Below, piece by piece: positions 26,719-35,999 of a stretch of 64,000 nucleotides of DNA (the stretch's first letter is position 1; every line of letters starts with the position of its first letter). A model generated the notes under the pieces. It was given only the letters and a program-made list of their open reading frames with translations, had not been told where the DNA came from and ran no database searches. The DNA lies in the NCBI RefSeq assembly GCF_011620785.1, contig NZ_WOYM01000058.1. The stretch is one strand, 5' to 3'. The stretch is from Methanothrix sp. (GTDB lineage Archaea; Halobacteriota; Methanosarcinia; Methanotrichales; Methanotrichaceae). A program made the position numbers and the translations under genes.

Positions 26719-27891
26719 CTAGTGTCTTGTCCTGGCCTGGGCCACCCCTCTGGCCATGAGGAATACCGCCAGGTAGAGGGGAAGCTCCTCGGTGCCCTCC
26801 TTCAGGCTGAAGCTCTGCCCTTTCATCTGGGTGTTGAAGGGCTTTGAGATCTCCAGAAAAACCGGTTCATCCCCGAAGACCACCGCATCCTCCAGGGGAT
26901 CGAACTCCTCCAGAGCGCTGATCGATAAGGGCGTCACCCTCAGCCCCGAGCCGCCGTGCAGGCTCCCAGGACAACGGATCAGCCGGCGCACATCTGCGGT
27001 CACCGGCTCGTCGGTTTCGCCGCCCAGGATTTCTACAAACTGGTCTATAAGATAATAGTTGATAACAAATTTCCAAATATCTTGAACACCTTTTAGACTA
27101 TCCAGATTACCTGATCGTATATCATCTAAAACACGATCACTCTTGATCCGCCTATAAAATTCGACAGCCCGAACATCTCCAATGTTTTTTATCGCAGTGA
27201 GCTTTTTCACAGCACTCTTTTCATCTAAACTGCGAATTTCTTCAGCAAATCTTAAAACTGCCTCATTAAACCTGCCACCCCATCCAGGTGAATTTTGAGC
27301 GGGACATCTGAGTGCGCGCACCTTCCCATCGCCAACATCACCAGATATCGACACCTTAAATCTCAGGCGTTCGATATCAAGGCCCCTGCCAGTTAGGTAA
27401 TCAACTACTTCGCGCCGCTCGTCCCCCCCAAAGCCATAGATCCGCGGGTCCCGGACATGGATGTGATATCCCCGGCCGCCGGAGAAGACGACGCTAATTT
27501 TACTTTCCGCAAAACCGAAATCGGATAGCAAAAAGGAGAGGAGCTTTAGGGTCTCCCTCTTGACCTGCTCCAGCATCCCGGCATAGCTTCTGGCTGCACC
27601 GCGCAGGTGATCGGCATCCAAATCGAATATAAGGTCCGCTCCCTGCCATATCTTCTCCTTCATCGTCGGCGCACCGGGCCGCTGGTAATAGGCGGCGGAA
27701 TGATAGACATGGCGGGGAATCATGGAGCGCACATAGTCCACCAGCTCCCCCCGGCTGAAGAAGGACTTGTGCCGGCGCATGCCTGAGTCATCGAAGAAGA
27801 GAAAACCCCATTCCCTGGACTGGAGGCCTGGAGGGACATCCAGGGTGGCCTGGATATAATACTCCCGGAACTTCGATATGAGGAAGTTCAT
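26719..27891 (-). CDS. priS: DNA primase small (catalytic) subunit PriS
   Basis: 390 aa. The catalytic motifs are LIFDLDADHL and VVFSGGRGYHIHV. Confidence 0.9.
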   Translation of the reverse strand: MNFLISKFREYYIQATLDVPPGLQSREWGFLFFDDSGMRRHKSFFSRGELVDYVRSMIPRHVYHSAAYYQRPGAPTMKEKIWQGADLIFDLDADHLRGAARSYAGMLEQVKRETLKLLSFLLSDFGFAESKISVVFSGGRGYHIHVRDPRIYGFGGDERREVVDYLTGRGLDIERLRFKVSISGDVGDGKVRALRCPAQNSPGWGGRFNEAVLRFAEEIRSLDEKSAVKKLTAIKNIGDVRAVEFYRRIKSDRVLDDIRSGNLDSLKGVQDIWKFVINYYLIDQFVEILGGETDEPVTADVRRLIRCPGSLHGGSGLRVTPLSISALEEFDPLEDAVVFGDEPVFLEISKPFNTQMKGQSFSLKEGTEELPLYLAVFLMARGVAQARTRH

Positions 27892-27915
27892 GGTCAGGGG
27901 GTTTATGCCATCACC

Positions 27916-28644
27916 TCAATACACCTCGGGCCGGCGGTCGGAAAAGCAGGGAATCTCAACTCGTACCTGGTCCCTCTCGGATAGGTCGACCTCGGCGAAT
28001 ATGATTTCTTCGCCGCTCTCCGCCCCTGCCAGCACAGTGCCCCGGGCGCTGATGATCATGGAGCCACCCCCTTCTGCCCAGTTGCAGGCCAGGTGAGGGA
28101 TCTGGTTCTCTATCGCCCGGGCGAGGCTTAGCGCCCGCCACTGCTCGCGCCGATGCTCAGGAAACTGGGCCACAGTCACCAGGAAGTCAGCATCCTGCAG
28201 GGTCAGGGAGCGGGCCACCTCGGGAAAGCGCAGGTCATAGCAGATCTCCAGCCCCACCCGGCCCCAGCGGGTGGCTATGGGGGAGATGAACTCCCCCCTA
28301 TCGAAGTGCTTCTTCTCCTCGCCGAAGGGATGGATTTTGGGGCGCAGCTTCAAACCGGTGCGGTCCAGGCAAAATCCGAGGTTTGACCGGCCGCGACGGA
28401 CTGAGCCGATGATCAGGCAGTCGTGATCCCTGACAATATCGCGAAACGGATCGAGCGCGGCGAGCATCAGATCCTCTGCACCTGCAGTGGCGGGCTCATA
28501 GCAGAATCCGGATAAAAAGAGCTCCGGATATACCAGTATCTCTGCGCCCATCTCAAGAGCAGAGCTGGCCAATCGGAGGGCCCGATCGAGGTTCTCGGGA
28601 TCCTGGCAGGGCAGGACAGTCTGCTGAAGGAGGGCAGCACGCAT
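27916..28644 (-). CDS. carbon-nitrogen hydrolase (nitrilase superfamily)
   Basis: 242 aa. The E-K-C triad context is VYPELFLSG, a conserved K region and GLEICYDLRFPE. Confidence 0.85.
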   Translation of the reverse strand: MRAALLQQTVLPCQDPENLDRALRLASSALEMGAEILVYPELFLSGFCYEPATAGAEDLMLAALDPFRDIVRDHDCLIIGSVRRGRSNLGFCLDRTGLKLRPKIHPFGEEKKHFDRGEFISPIATRWGRVGLEICYDLRFPEVARSLTLQDADFLVTVAQFPEHRREQWRALSLARAIENQIPHLACNWAEGGGSMIISARGTVLAGAESGEEIIFAEVDLSERDQVRVEIPCFSDRRPEVY

Positions 28645-28697
28645 GCTGAAAAAGAGGCAAGTTCGTATATATTAAGATGGACATAAGCTAGGCCTGG

Positions 28698-29351
28698 ATG
28701 CCCAAAAGCTATCGGCGTTGGACATATGAGATCCTGGAGGGGGAAAACCATACGCACAGATGGCCAAATCTGGTCAGCCTCGCCCTCATGCTTTTAGTGG
28801 TTCTTAATGTCGCAGCTGTGATCATGGAGACGGTGGAATGGCTCTACTTCGCCTATGGACCCATTTTTGAGGCATTCAATGTATTCTCCATAGGAATATT
28901 CACCATCGAGTATATACTGCGCATCTGGAGCTGCATTGAGGATCCAAGATACCGCGCCCCTCAGGGCAGCAGACTGCGCTTTGCAATAACTCCCCTGGCA
29001 GTGGTGGACTTCATCGCGGTGTTTCCCTTCTATCTTCCATTCGTCATCGCCGATCTGAGGTTCATTCGAGCCATGCGCCTCTTCCGTCTCTTCCGGATTT
29101 TGAAGCTGGCCCATTACTCGCGCGCCCTGCAGACATTCGATGACGTCCTCCGGTTGAAAAAGGAGGAGCTTGGTCTTATGCTCTTCACCATAATCATTCT
29201 GCTCATCACATTCGCCGGGATTGGTCTGCCCGTACTGCGGCCGCCGGATAGAGGGACGCAGCCAAGATCTGGAGGAGGAAGGAAGGATTCTGGAGTGGCG
29301 AATACGGTGACCTGTGCTTTGGCCTCAGGCGGGTATATCTTGCCTGAGTAG
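28698..29351 (+). CDS. ion-transport-family protein with S1-S5 only (voltage sensor, no pore); probably truncated
   Basis: The S4 segment FIRAMRLFRLFRILK has R/K at every third residue. S1-S3 and S5 hydrophobic spans are present. After LITFAGI the sequence becomes GLPVLRPPDRGTQPRSGGGRK, and there is no pore helix, no TxGYG filter and no S6. Confidence 0.6.
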   Translation: MPKSYRRWTYEILEGENHTHRWPNLVSLALMLLVVLNVAAVIMETVEWLYFAYGPIFEAFNVFSIGIFTIEYILRIWSCIEDPRYRAPQGSRLRFAITPLAVVDFIAVFPFYLPFVIADLRFIRAMRLFRLFRILKLAHYSRALQTFDDVLRLKKEELGLMLFTIIILLITFAGIGLPVLRPPDRGTQPRSGGGRKDSGVANTVTCALASGGYILPE

Positions 29352-29467
29352 GCTGCCAAGCCAATCAGCCAAATGTGACACAACATCATCGTAGTCGCAA
29401 GCCCCGTCCTCCAGGGCGGAGTAGTTGACCCGACAAATTGATCTTCTCATAATTGCCATAAGATTCC

Positions 29468-29600
29468 TCGGTCCAGCCATTCGGACGGTTGGATGCAATG
29501 AGGAGAGGGCCGGGAGCGGCAAAAGGTAAAGGAAGAGATTGTAAGGAAAAGCCGCCCCTGGCCACAAACCAGTAGCGGTGCTATTATGCTTATTAATTCT
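29468..29600 (+). repeat. copy A of a ~135-nt direct repeat containing a 13-bp-stem hairpin
   Basis: The arms are 29508-29520 (GGCCGGGAGCGGC) and 29551-29563 (GCCGCCCCTGGCC), around a 30-nt purine-rich loop. The 17-nt core AAGCCGCCCCTGGCCAC is identical to copy B. Confidence 0.7.
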
Positions 29601-29676
29601 ATCGGTTGAAGGCAAGGAATGTTAATATCCGCCGATATTCCATCATTGGATTTATCTTGGTCAAGATGCTTTACTC

Positions 29677-30447
29677 TTGGATATGCACCAATTCGTCCTC
29701 ACCCCGGCGGCAGGAAAAAGACTGATTGCTAAAGCATTGGCCTCCCACCCTGCCATTTTAGAAGCGATGCGTTCCCATACCATAGTCATCATCGCCGGCA
29801 CTACCAACGGCTACGTTGCAGAGGAGATTTTAGGGGCACTGGGCCAGGAGGAGGGCTTCTCTAAGAATCGGTTCTTCCGCGGGGTCACCCTCCTGCCGGG
29901 AAGGACCACCAATGAAGGCAGGCTGGCCGACCAGAGCCATTTTCCTGGAGACGTGGTGATAGAGGAGGGGATCTGGATGAAGGGCGCTACCATATTCGAT
30001 GTCTCCGCCAGACTGAAGGAGGGGGATGTCATCCTCAAGGGAGCCAATGCTCTGGATCTCGTCCGCCATCAGGCAGGAGTTTTAATCGGCCATCCCCAGG
30101 GGGGCACGGCAATCGCCGCCCTGCAGGCAGCAGTGGGCCGCAGGGTGAGTCTGATCCTTCCCGTGGGGCTGGAAAAACGTATACCGGGAGATCTGATCGA
30201 TCTGGCGGCACGATTGAACGCCCCCGGCAGCAATGGCCACAGGCTTCTGCCCCTGCCAGGTGAGGTATTCACCGAGATCGAGGCCATAAGGCTGTTATCC
30301 GGAGCCAAAGCTGAGATCCTGGCCGCAGGCGGGGTAGGAGGGGCAGAGGGAGCGGTCTGGCTGGCAGTGCAGGGCAGCCCCGAGGAGCTGAAAGCCTGTC
30401 AGAGCCAGATGGAAGCGATCAATAGGGAGGAGAATTTCAGGATCTGA
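29677..30447 (+). CDS. conserved hypothetical protein
   Basis: 256-aa ORF with globular composition ([42 protein letters not shown]). I cannot name a family with confidence. It is bracketed by repeat copies A and B. Confidence 0.7.
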   Translation: MDMHQFVLTPAAGKRLIAKALASHPAILEAMRSHTIVIIAGTTNGYVAEEILGALGQEEGFSKNRFFRGVTLLPGRTTNEGRLADQSHFPGDVVIEEGIWMKGATIFDVSARLKEGDVILKGANALDLVRHQAGVLIGHPQGGTAIAALQAAVGRRVSLILPVGLEKRIPGDLIDLAARLNAPGSNGHRLLPLPGEVFTEIEAIRLLSGAKAEILAAGGVGGAEGAVWLAVQGSPEELKACQSQMEAINREENFRI

Positions 30448-30635
30448 ATCCACATTCATCGCAGATAGCTATAAATCCGATCTGGTGGATTTGGCCGGCA
30501 GGATAAACATCTCCAGCGGCTACATGGAAGGCAACAAAGACCTGGAGACGGAGTTCCTCAGCGATCTGATGAAGCTGGACTACGACCGACTCAAAAGGGT
30601 GCCTTCGTCTATCCAGAATGAGATGACCGCAAATC

Positions 30636-30773
30636 CGGTCATCCGGACAATGAATATAATGAGAAGAGGGCCGAGAGCGGCGAAAGGTAAAGGAGGAAGA
30701 TTGTTAGGATAAGCCGCCCCTGGCCACGGAACTGTAGCGAAGATATTAATACTAATTAATTCTTTCGCTCAGT
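30636..30773 (+). repeat. copy B of the ~135-nt direct repeat with hairpin
   Basis: The arms are 30669-30681 (GGCCGAGAGCGGC) and 30713-30725 (GCCGCCCCTGGCC), around a 31-nt loop. It overlaps the 3' end of the doubtful ORF 30485..30712. Confidence 0.7.
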
Positions 30774-30802
30774 TCACGCTTATGCTGCCGCTTCTCATCT
30801 AG

Positions 30803-31372
<570 letters not shown>

Positions 31373-31447
31373 GCGGCAGTGTAGACTGTCCCCGGAGAGG
31401 AAAGACTTGTTTCAACTTCTGCATAGCCTCTGGATTTACAAGGGAGT

Positions 31448-31812
31448 TCAATGCCCTGTGGGCCGCAGCACTGACTGCAGATCCTCTATCTTCACAGGCT
31501 TGCTGAGATAGCTGTCCATGCCTGCTTCCAGACATCTCTTTCAAGATCTGTTTGCTGGTCTCGGTTATCACCGGCCATTGATACTTTATCTCTGTCCAAG
31601 GTTGCCATCTGTCGCACCATCAGTGCTTGCTGAGCGTTGAAAGGTCGATAAGGAATATGGTATATAATAACTATTCGATAGAGTTGCAAGGGCTTTGCAG
31701 CTTATGATTTTTTCCTCGGAAAAGGTATGGCTGAGCCCACCCAGGATCCTCAGCTACGCTGATCGAACGGGTGAAGGCTCGCCTCCAATGGCGCGATCGT
31801 CCTATTGTGAGC
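31448..31812 (-). pseudogene. decayed single-domain response regulator (CheY-like receiver)
   Basis: Receiver-domain pieces are spread over three frames. ISVAEDPGWAQ is comparable to ILVAEDNxxNQ. ALMVRQMATLDRD is comparable to LMDxQMPxxDG, with the acceptor Asp replaced. PVITETSKQILKE is also present. KRCLEAGMDSYLSKPVKIEDLQSVLRPTGH runs to the stop at 31448-31450. There are several in-frame stops and no start codon. Confidence 0.55.
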
Positions 31813-31814
31813 CC

Positions 31815-32834
31815 TCAGGCCGAGAGGGACTGGTTTTCCGGCAGCACAACCCTTGCCTCATCCTGGGGCAGAGCATCATCGGCCACTGTTGCGGGGAGCG
31901 CCTCGATGACAGCAGTCTCGTTCAATCCATCCTGATCCAATAAGGAGACAGCAACCGCCTCGCTCTCAGGATAAGATGACATATTGAAGAGCTGAGCAGC
32001 GCTGGCCTCGGGCGGCAGAACGATATTTACGCTCTCATTGAATCCATCGAAGACCACGGAAGTAGTGGAGCTCATGCGAACCGCTATGTTCTCCTCCTCC
32101 GATGACTGCAGTCCCAGTGACTGGGGAGCCATATAAAGGGTCTCAAACATATCCGCCCTCTTTAAGAGCTGATCCTCTTTGGATATCCAGTAATGGACCT
32201 CCATGGTCATATTGCGGAAGAGATCGGAGAAATTCAGGGGGATGAATGGCACAATGGAAGCCACCTCCTGTGAAAAGGGATCGGCATAAGAGGCAATGTC
32301 TATCTCTGCTCGCACCTTATAGCAGTCCTCGTCCCCCACCATCTCCGAGCCGACCAGAGTAAGCCGGGACTGATTGAACATATCGATCTGCTGGTCCAGG
32401 GAATTCTCTCGAGACCAGGCATCGCCCAATCCAGATAGCTCCATAGCGGTCCAGTTGCCATCCATCTTCATATAAATGGTGTCGTTTTGCAGATACTCTT
32501 CCAGGGCTAATGCCGTGGAGTTGCCCTCATCGCCGGGAATAAAAGTCAAAGAGGCCATGACGAGCTTCAGGGCCTGATCGGTCATATTCACCAGGCCAAA
32601 GCCGATGGACCGGGTTTGAACCTGCTGAGACTGGCCAGAAGAGAGGTTCTCAAGCATCATATCCTGCTCCATCTCCATGGAGAAGGTGTAGGATTTCAGG
32701 TCGTCCGATGATGCGACCACCAGCCCCCTCAAAATGGTTGATACGGGATCATCCTGGGAGCGGTCAGTTGACTGGCATAAAGCGCAGGTGCTTGAAAGCA
32801 GCAAGACCATTGCCAGAATCATTAGATATCTCAT
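31815..32834 (-). CDS. secreted protein, possibly LolA-like fold
   Basis: 339 aa with the signal peptide MRYLMILAMVLLLSSTCALC. It has many N-x-S/T sequons. The fold assignment is a guess. Confidence 0.6.
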   Translation of the reverse strand: MRYLMILAMVLLLSSTCALCQSTDRSQDDPVSTILRGLVVASSDDLKSYTFSMEMEQDMMLENLSSGQSQQVQTRSIGFGLVNMTDQALKLVMASLTFIPGDEGNSTALALEEYLQNDTIYMKMDGNWTAMELSGLGDAWSRENSLDQQIDMFNQSRLTLVGSEMVGDEDCYKVRAEIDIASYADPFSQEVASIVPFIPLNFSDLFRNMTMEVHYWISKEDQLLKRADMFETLYMAPQSLGLQSSEEENIAVRMSSTTSVVFDGFNESVNIVLPPEASAAQLFNMSSYPESEAVAVSLLDQDGLNETAVIEALPATVADDALPQDEARVVLPENQSLSA

Positions 32835-32873
32835 ATGGATGATTATGGGGGTGCAGGATAAATCCGTTTTGCT

Positions 32874-33371
32874 CTATTCGATCTTCTTGAACATGCTTCC
32901 TTTGACTCCGCAGACTGGACACTTGTCGGGAGCCTTGTGATCCACAGTCATGCCGCATACCGGGCAAACGTAATAGGGGAATGACTCCACCTGGATATCC
33001 AGCCCCTCGAGCATATCATGATATAGCCTGGCATGATGCTCTTCCACCGCATTGGCATAGGTGAACGACCTCTCAGCATCCCGGGCGCCCTCCTCCTTTG
33101 CTATAGCTATCATCTCTGGATACATATCCTTGAACTCATGCGTCTCTCCGGCGATCGCCTCACGCAAATTCTCCTTGGTGATCTTGATGGCCTTCAGGGC
33201 GCGCAGGTGGTTGGCTGCGTGCACCGCCTCCGCCTCGGCAGCGGCCCGAAAGAGCCTGGCGGCCTGAGTGTAGCCCTCCTTATCCGCCTGAGCGGCAAAT
33301 ACGCTGTACTTCCTGTTCGCTCCAGATTCGCCGGCAAACGCCTCCCTCAAGAAATCCTCTGTTCGGGTCAT
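32874..33371 (-). CDS. rubrerythrin
   Basis: 165 aa. The diiron four-helix motifs are EAEAVHANH and EEHHARLY. The C-terminal rubredoxin-like motif is CPVCG...CPVCG. Confidence 0.95.
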   Translation of the reverse strand: MTRTEDFLREAFAGESGANRKYSVFAAQADKEGYTQAARLFRAAAEAEAVHAANHLRALKAIKITKENLREAIAGETHEFKDMYPEMIAIAKEEGARDAERSFTYANAVEEHHARLYHDMLEGLDIQVESFPYYVCPVCGMTVDHKAPDKCPVCGVKGSMFKKIE

Positions 33372-33377
33372 ATCCTT

Positions 33378-33932
33378 TTACTCCTCCAAGCTGAGGTCCT
33401 CGGGGTAAAGATCGGCCTCATGCAAGAGATCGTTCCCTGCCAGATCATAGTATCCGGTGATCCTGAGTATGTCCAGACGGGATATCTCATAAGCTCCACC
33501 CCTTCGCTCCAGTGGGGGATTAACCTGGACCTCCTGCAATGTTATTCCCGCCCCCCCCTCATTGTAGCGGTCGAATATCTGCCCCCAGGGGATGAGATGG
33601 GCAGTTCTGCTCTTCCCCACCCCATAACGCAGCTCCACCGCCAGTATGCCCTGACGGCCAGAACGGATAATGAAATCCGTCTCTCTCTCTATCTGATGGC
33701 CGCCTGAGGCCTCGCTGAAGTGCTGCTTGAAATAAAGCGACCTGGTCTTGCGGGCATCAAGGCTTTTGCATTCGATTGCCAGGTAGTACTCAGCAATTTT
33801 GGAGTCCACCAGGATATCGGCCAGCTGGGTGGCAAACCGCGACTGTCGGAGCCGATAGGCTATGGCTTTAATGCCTTCACTCTCGAAGAAGGAGTTGAGA
33901 GAATTGACCATTGCCCACTCAAAGTCACCCAT
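33378..33932 (-). CDS. Hjc-like PD-(D/E)xK nuclease with a C-terminal extension
   Basis: 184 aa. FEWAMVNSL...ADILVDS...LAIECKS gives the E...D...E-x-K arrangement of archaeal Holliday-junction resolvases. A further ~50 aa follow the core. Confidence 0.6.
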   Translation of the reverse strand: MGDFEWAMVNSLNSFFESEGIKAIAYRLRQSRFATQLADILVDSKIAEYYLAIECKSLDARKTRSLYFKQHFSEASGGHQIERETDFIIRSGRQGILAVELRYGVGKSRTAHLIPWGQIFDRYNEGGAGITLQEVQVNPPLERRGGAYEISRLDILRITGYYDLAGNDLLHEADLYPEDLSLEE

Positions 33933-34216
33933 CAGTAGAGATATTTCAAAGCCCTTATTAAAGTATCTTTTCCCATGTAATCACTTTCGCCCCTCCCTCA
34001 TTGCTACACTTTATAGCCTTTGGACAGTAACACTTCCTGTTGCTCTCTGTGATGATTCATATTGTTAATGGCATACGCAGGATTGATCGATATAGAGTTC
34101 AGCTACGGCGAACTGGGCTTGGCGATCCATCATCTCACCAGTCATCTGGCTGAGAGGGTTATCTTGATATGATGAAAAGAGGATGAACAACACATGGACG
34201 GAGAGGTGGACAGATC

Positions 34217-34906
34217 TTGCCGCATACGGCATCATCAGAGCTGAAGAGCAATGGGCTGGGCAGGTTTATACGCGCCCGCTCCATCTCCGATGCCTGGCAT
34301 CGAGGTCTGAACCTCATCTGGAGACAGGGTGAAGAGATCTCGGATGAGAGAGGGACCAAGATACGGGAGCTTCTATCCCTGCAGGTGGTGGTGGAGAATC
34401 CATATCAAGAGATGATTCCGGAGGAGTACTCCTGGAATGAGGAGCGCCTGGAGGAGTATGCCCATCAACTGCTCTGCGGCGACAATCCCGGATTTGAGTA
34501 TACTTATGGCGAGAGGCTGCGCGCCTGGCGCCTGCCGGGCACCCCCCCCCTGGATCAGATCGATATAGCCATTCAACGGCTGAAGGAATCTCCTGCCACC
34601 CGCCGGGCTACGGCAGTGACCTGGATCCCCCCGGTGGATGGGGAGAGGAATGAGGTCCCCTGCATGATCGTTGATGATTTCAAGTTGCGCGGCGGCAGGC
34701 TGCACCTGGCCATCTTCTTTCGCAGCCATGACTTCGCCGGGGCCTATCCCGCCAACCTCTACGGCCTGGCCAGACTGCTGGAATATGCCGCACGAGAAGT
34801 GGGTGCCCAGCCGGGCTCCATCTCCACCACCAGCTCCTCTGCCCACATCTATGAGCACGACTGGGACTGGATCGAGGAGATGCTCCTGGGAAGAGGCGAG
34901 GCATAG
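34217..34906 (+). CDS. thyA: thymidylate synthase, methanogen (ThyA-like) type
   Basis: The sequence is ATRRATAVTWIPPVDGERNEVPCMIVDDFKLRGGRLHLAIFFRSHDFAGAYPANLYG, with the catalytic Cys in PCM. The TTG start is uncertain. Confidence 0.85.
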   Translation: MPHTASSELKSNGLGRFIRARSISDAWHRGLNLIWRQGEEISDERGTKIRELLSLQVVVENPYQEMIPEEYSWNEERLEEYAHQLLCGDNPGFEYTYGERLRAWRLPGTPPLDQIDIAIQRLKESPATRRATAVTWIPPVDGERNEVPCMIVDDFKLRGGRLHLAIFFRSHDFAGAYPANLYGLARLLEYAAREVGAQPGSISTTSSSAHIYEHDWDWIEEMLLGRGEA

Positions 34907-34956
34907 ACCGGTCGAGCGAAAGGCATATCTGCATTTATCGAATACTCATTACGCTT

Positions 34957-35970
34957 ATGGTCGATAGCCTTCTGATGATCAAGGCAGAGGAGATCCACAA
35001 AAGGATAGAGGAGGGCAAGCCGGTTGAGTATGAGAATGTCATCATCTACGGTGACCTGGACCTGCACAATCTGGACCTACCTTTGAACAGAAACAAGCGG
35101 AAGATCGTAGAATCGATAATCAAGATCGAGTACTCGGTGATCAAGGGAAATGTGTTCTTCGACCACTCCGCCTTCCAGGGGCTGGTGGATTTTGACGGCA
35201 CCGTATTCTCTCAGGCGGCCAACTTCTCTGACTCCTTTTTCCAGGGAGACGCCGGTTTCTCCCAGGCCCAGTTTCACGGGGAAGCCAACTTCTCCCGCGC
35301 TCACTTCACTACCGAGGCCAACTTCTCCCGAGCCAGGTTCAACGATGCCGACTTCGGCCGGGCAAAATTCCATCGCAGCTTTCACCTCTCCAATGCCAGG
35401 GTGTACACCCTGCGGCTCTCCGACGCCATCTTCGAAGAGGACGCCAGCATCCACTTAAAGGACCTGAACTATAACCGCATTGTGGTCCGCTGGAACACCA
35501 TCCGCGAACATCTGCCCTACAACGGCTCAGTCTATCTCACCCTGATAAAGAACTTAAGAAACTTGGAGCAGTTCGAGGACGAGGACGACTGTTACTATCA
35601 GTATCGAAAGGAGAAGCATGCTCGGACCACGAAGGCATTTCCCAGAATCATCGACCGCCTTGCCTGGCTCTCCTGCGGCTATGGAGTCCGTCCATCCCAC
35701 ACCGTGATCCTCAGCCTGTCTCTGATCATCCTCTTCACAGCGATCTTCTGGGGAGCACATGCCCTGCAACCTTCTGCTTCTGCAAGCCCCGGCAGCAGCA
35801 TATCGATAAACGATGCCTTCTACTTCAGCAGCATGTGGTTTCTTGGCCGGGCCCCCCAGAACATCAGCATCATTGAGGGCTTCGAGTTCCTGACCGTTTT
35901 TGAGACCCTGGCCGGATGGCTGCTAATGGCTCTCTTCCTTGTGACCATGAGCAAGGTGATGCTCCGGTGA
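34957..35970 (+). CDS. pentapeptide-repeat protein fused to a C-terminal 2-TM pore-like module
   Basis: The pentapeptide run is ANFSDSFFQGDAGFSQAQFHGEANFSRAHFTTEANFSRARFNDADFGRAKF. The C-terminal TM1-(AFYFSSMWFLGRAP)-TM2 resembles an Ion_trans_2 pore with the TxGYGD filter replaced. Confidence 0.85.
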   Translation: MVDSLLMIKAEEIHKRIEEGKPVEYENVIIYGDLDLHNLDLPLNRNKRKIVESIIKIEYSVIKGNVFFDHSAFQGLVDFDGTVFSQAANFSDSFFQGDAGFSQAQFHGEANFSRAHFTTEANFSRARFNDADFGRAKFHRSFHLSNARVYTLRLSDAIFEEDASIHLKDLNYNRIVVRWNTIREHLPYNGSVYLTLIKNLRNLEQFEDEDDCYYQYRKEKHARTTKAFPRIIDRLAWLSCGYGVRPSHTVILSLSLIILFTAIFWGAHALQPSASASPGSSISINDAFYFSSMWFLGRAPQNISIIEGFEFLTVFETLAGWLLMALFLVTMSKVMLR

Positions 35971-35999
35971 GGGGGATTCTTCCTCCGCTCAATCCGCCC

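Noticed and set aside
30485-30712. A 75-aa GTG-initiated ORF treated as a real gene.
   Set aside because: Its 3' third coincides with repeat copy B. The homologous copy A has a 1-nt indel and an in-frame stop, so the conservation is at nucleotide or structure level and not protein level. No family was recognised. It cannot be fully excluded.
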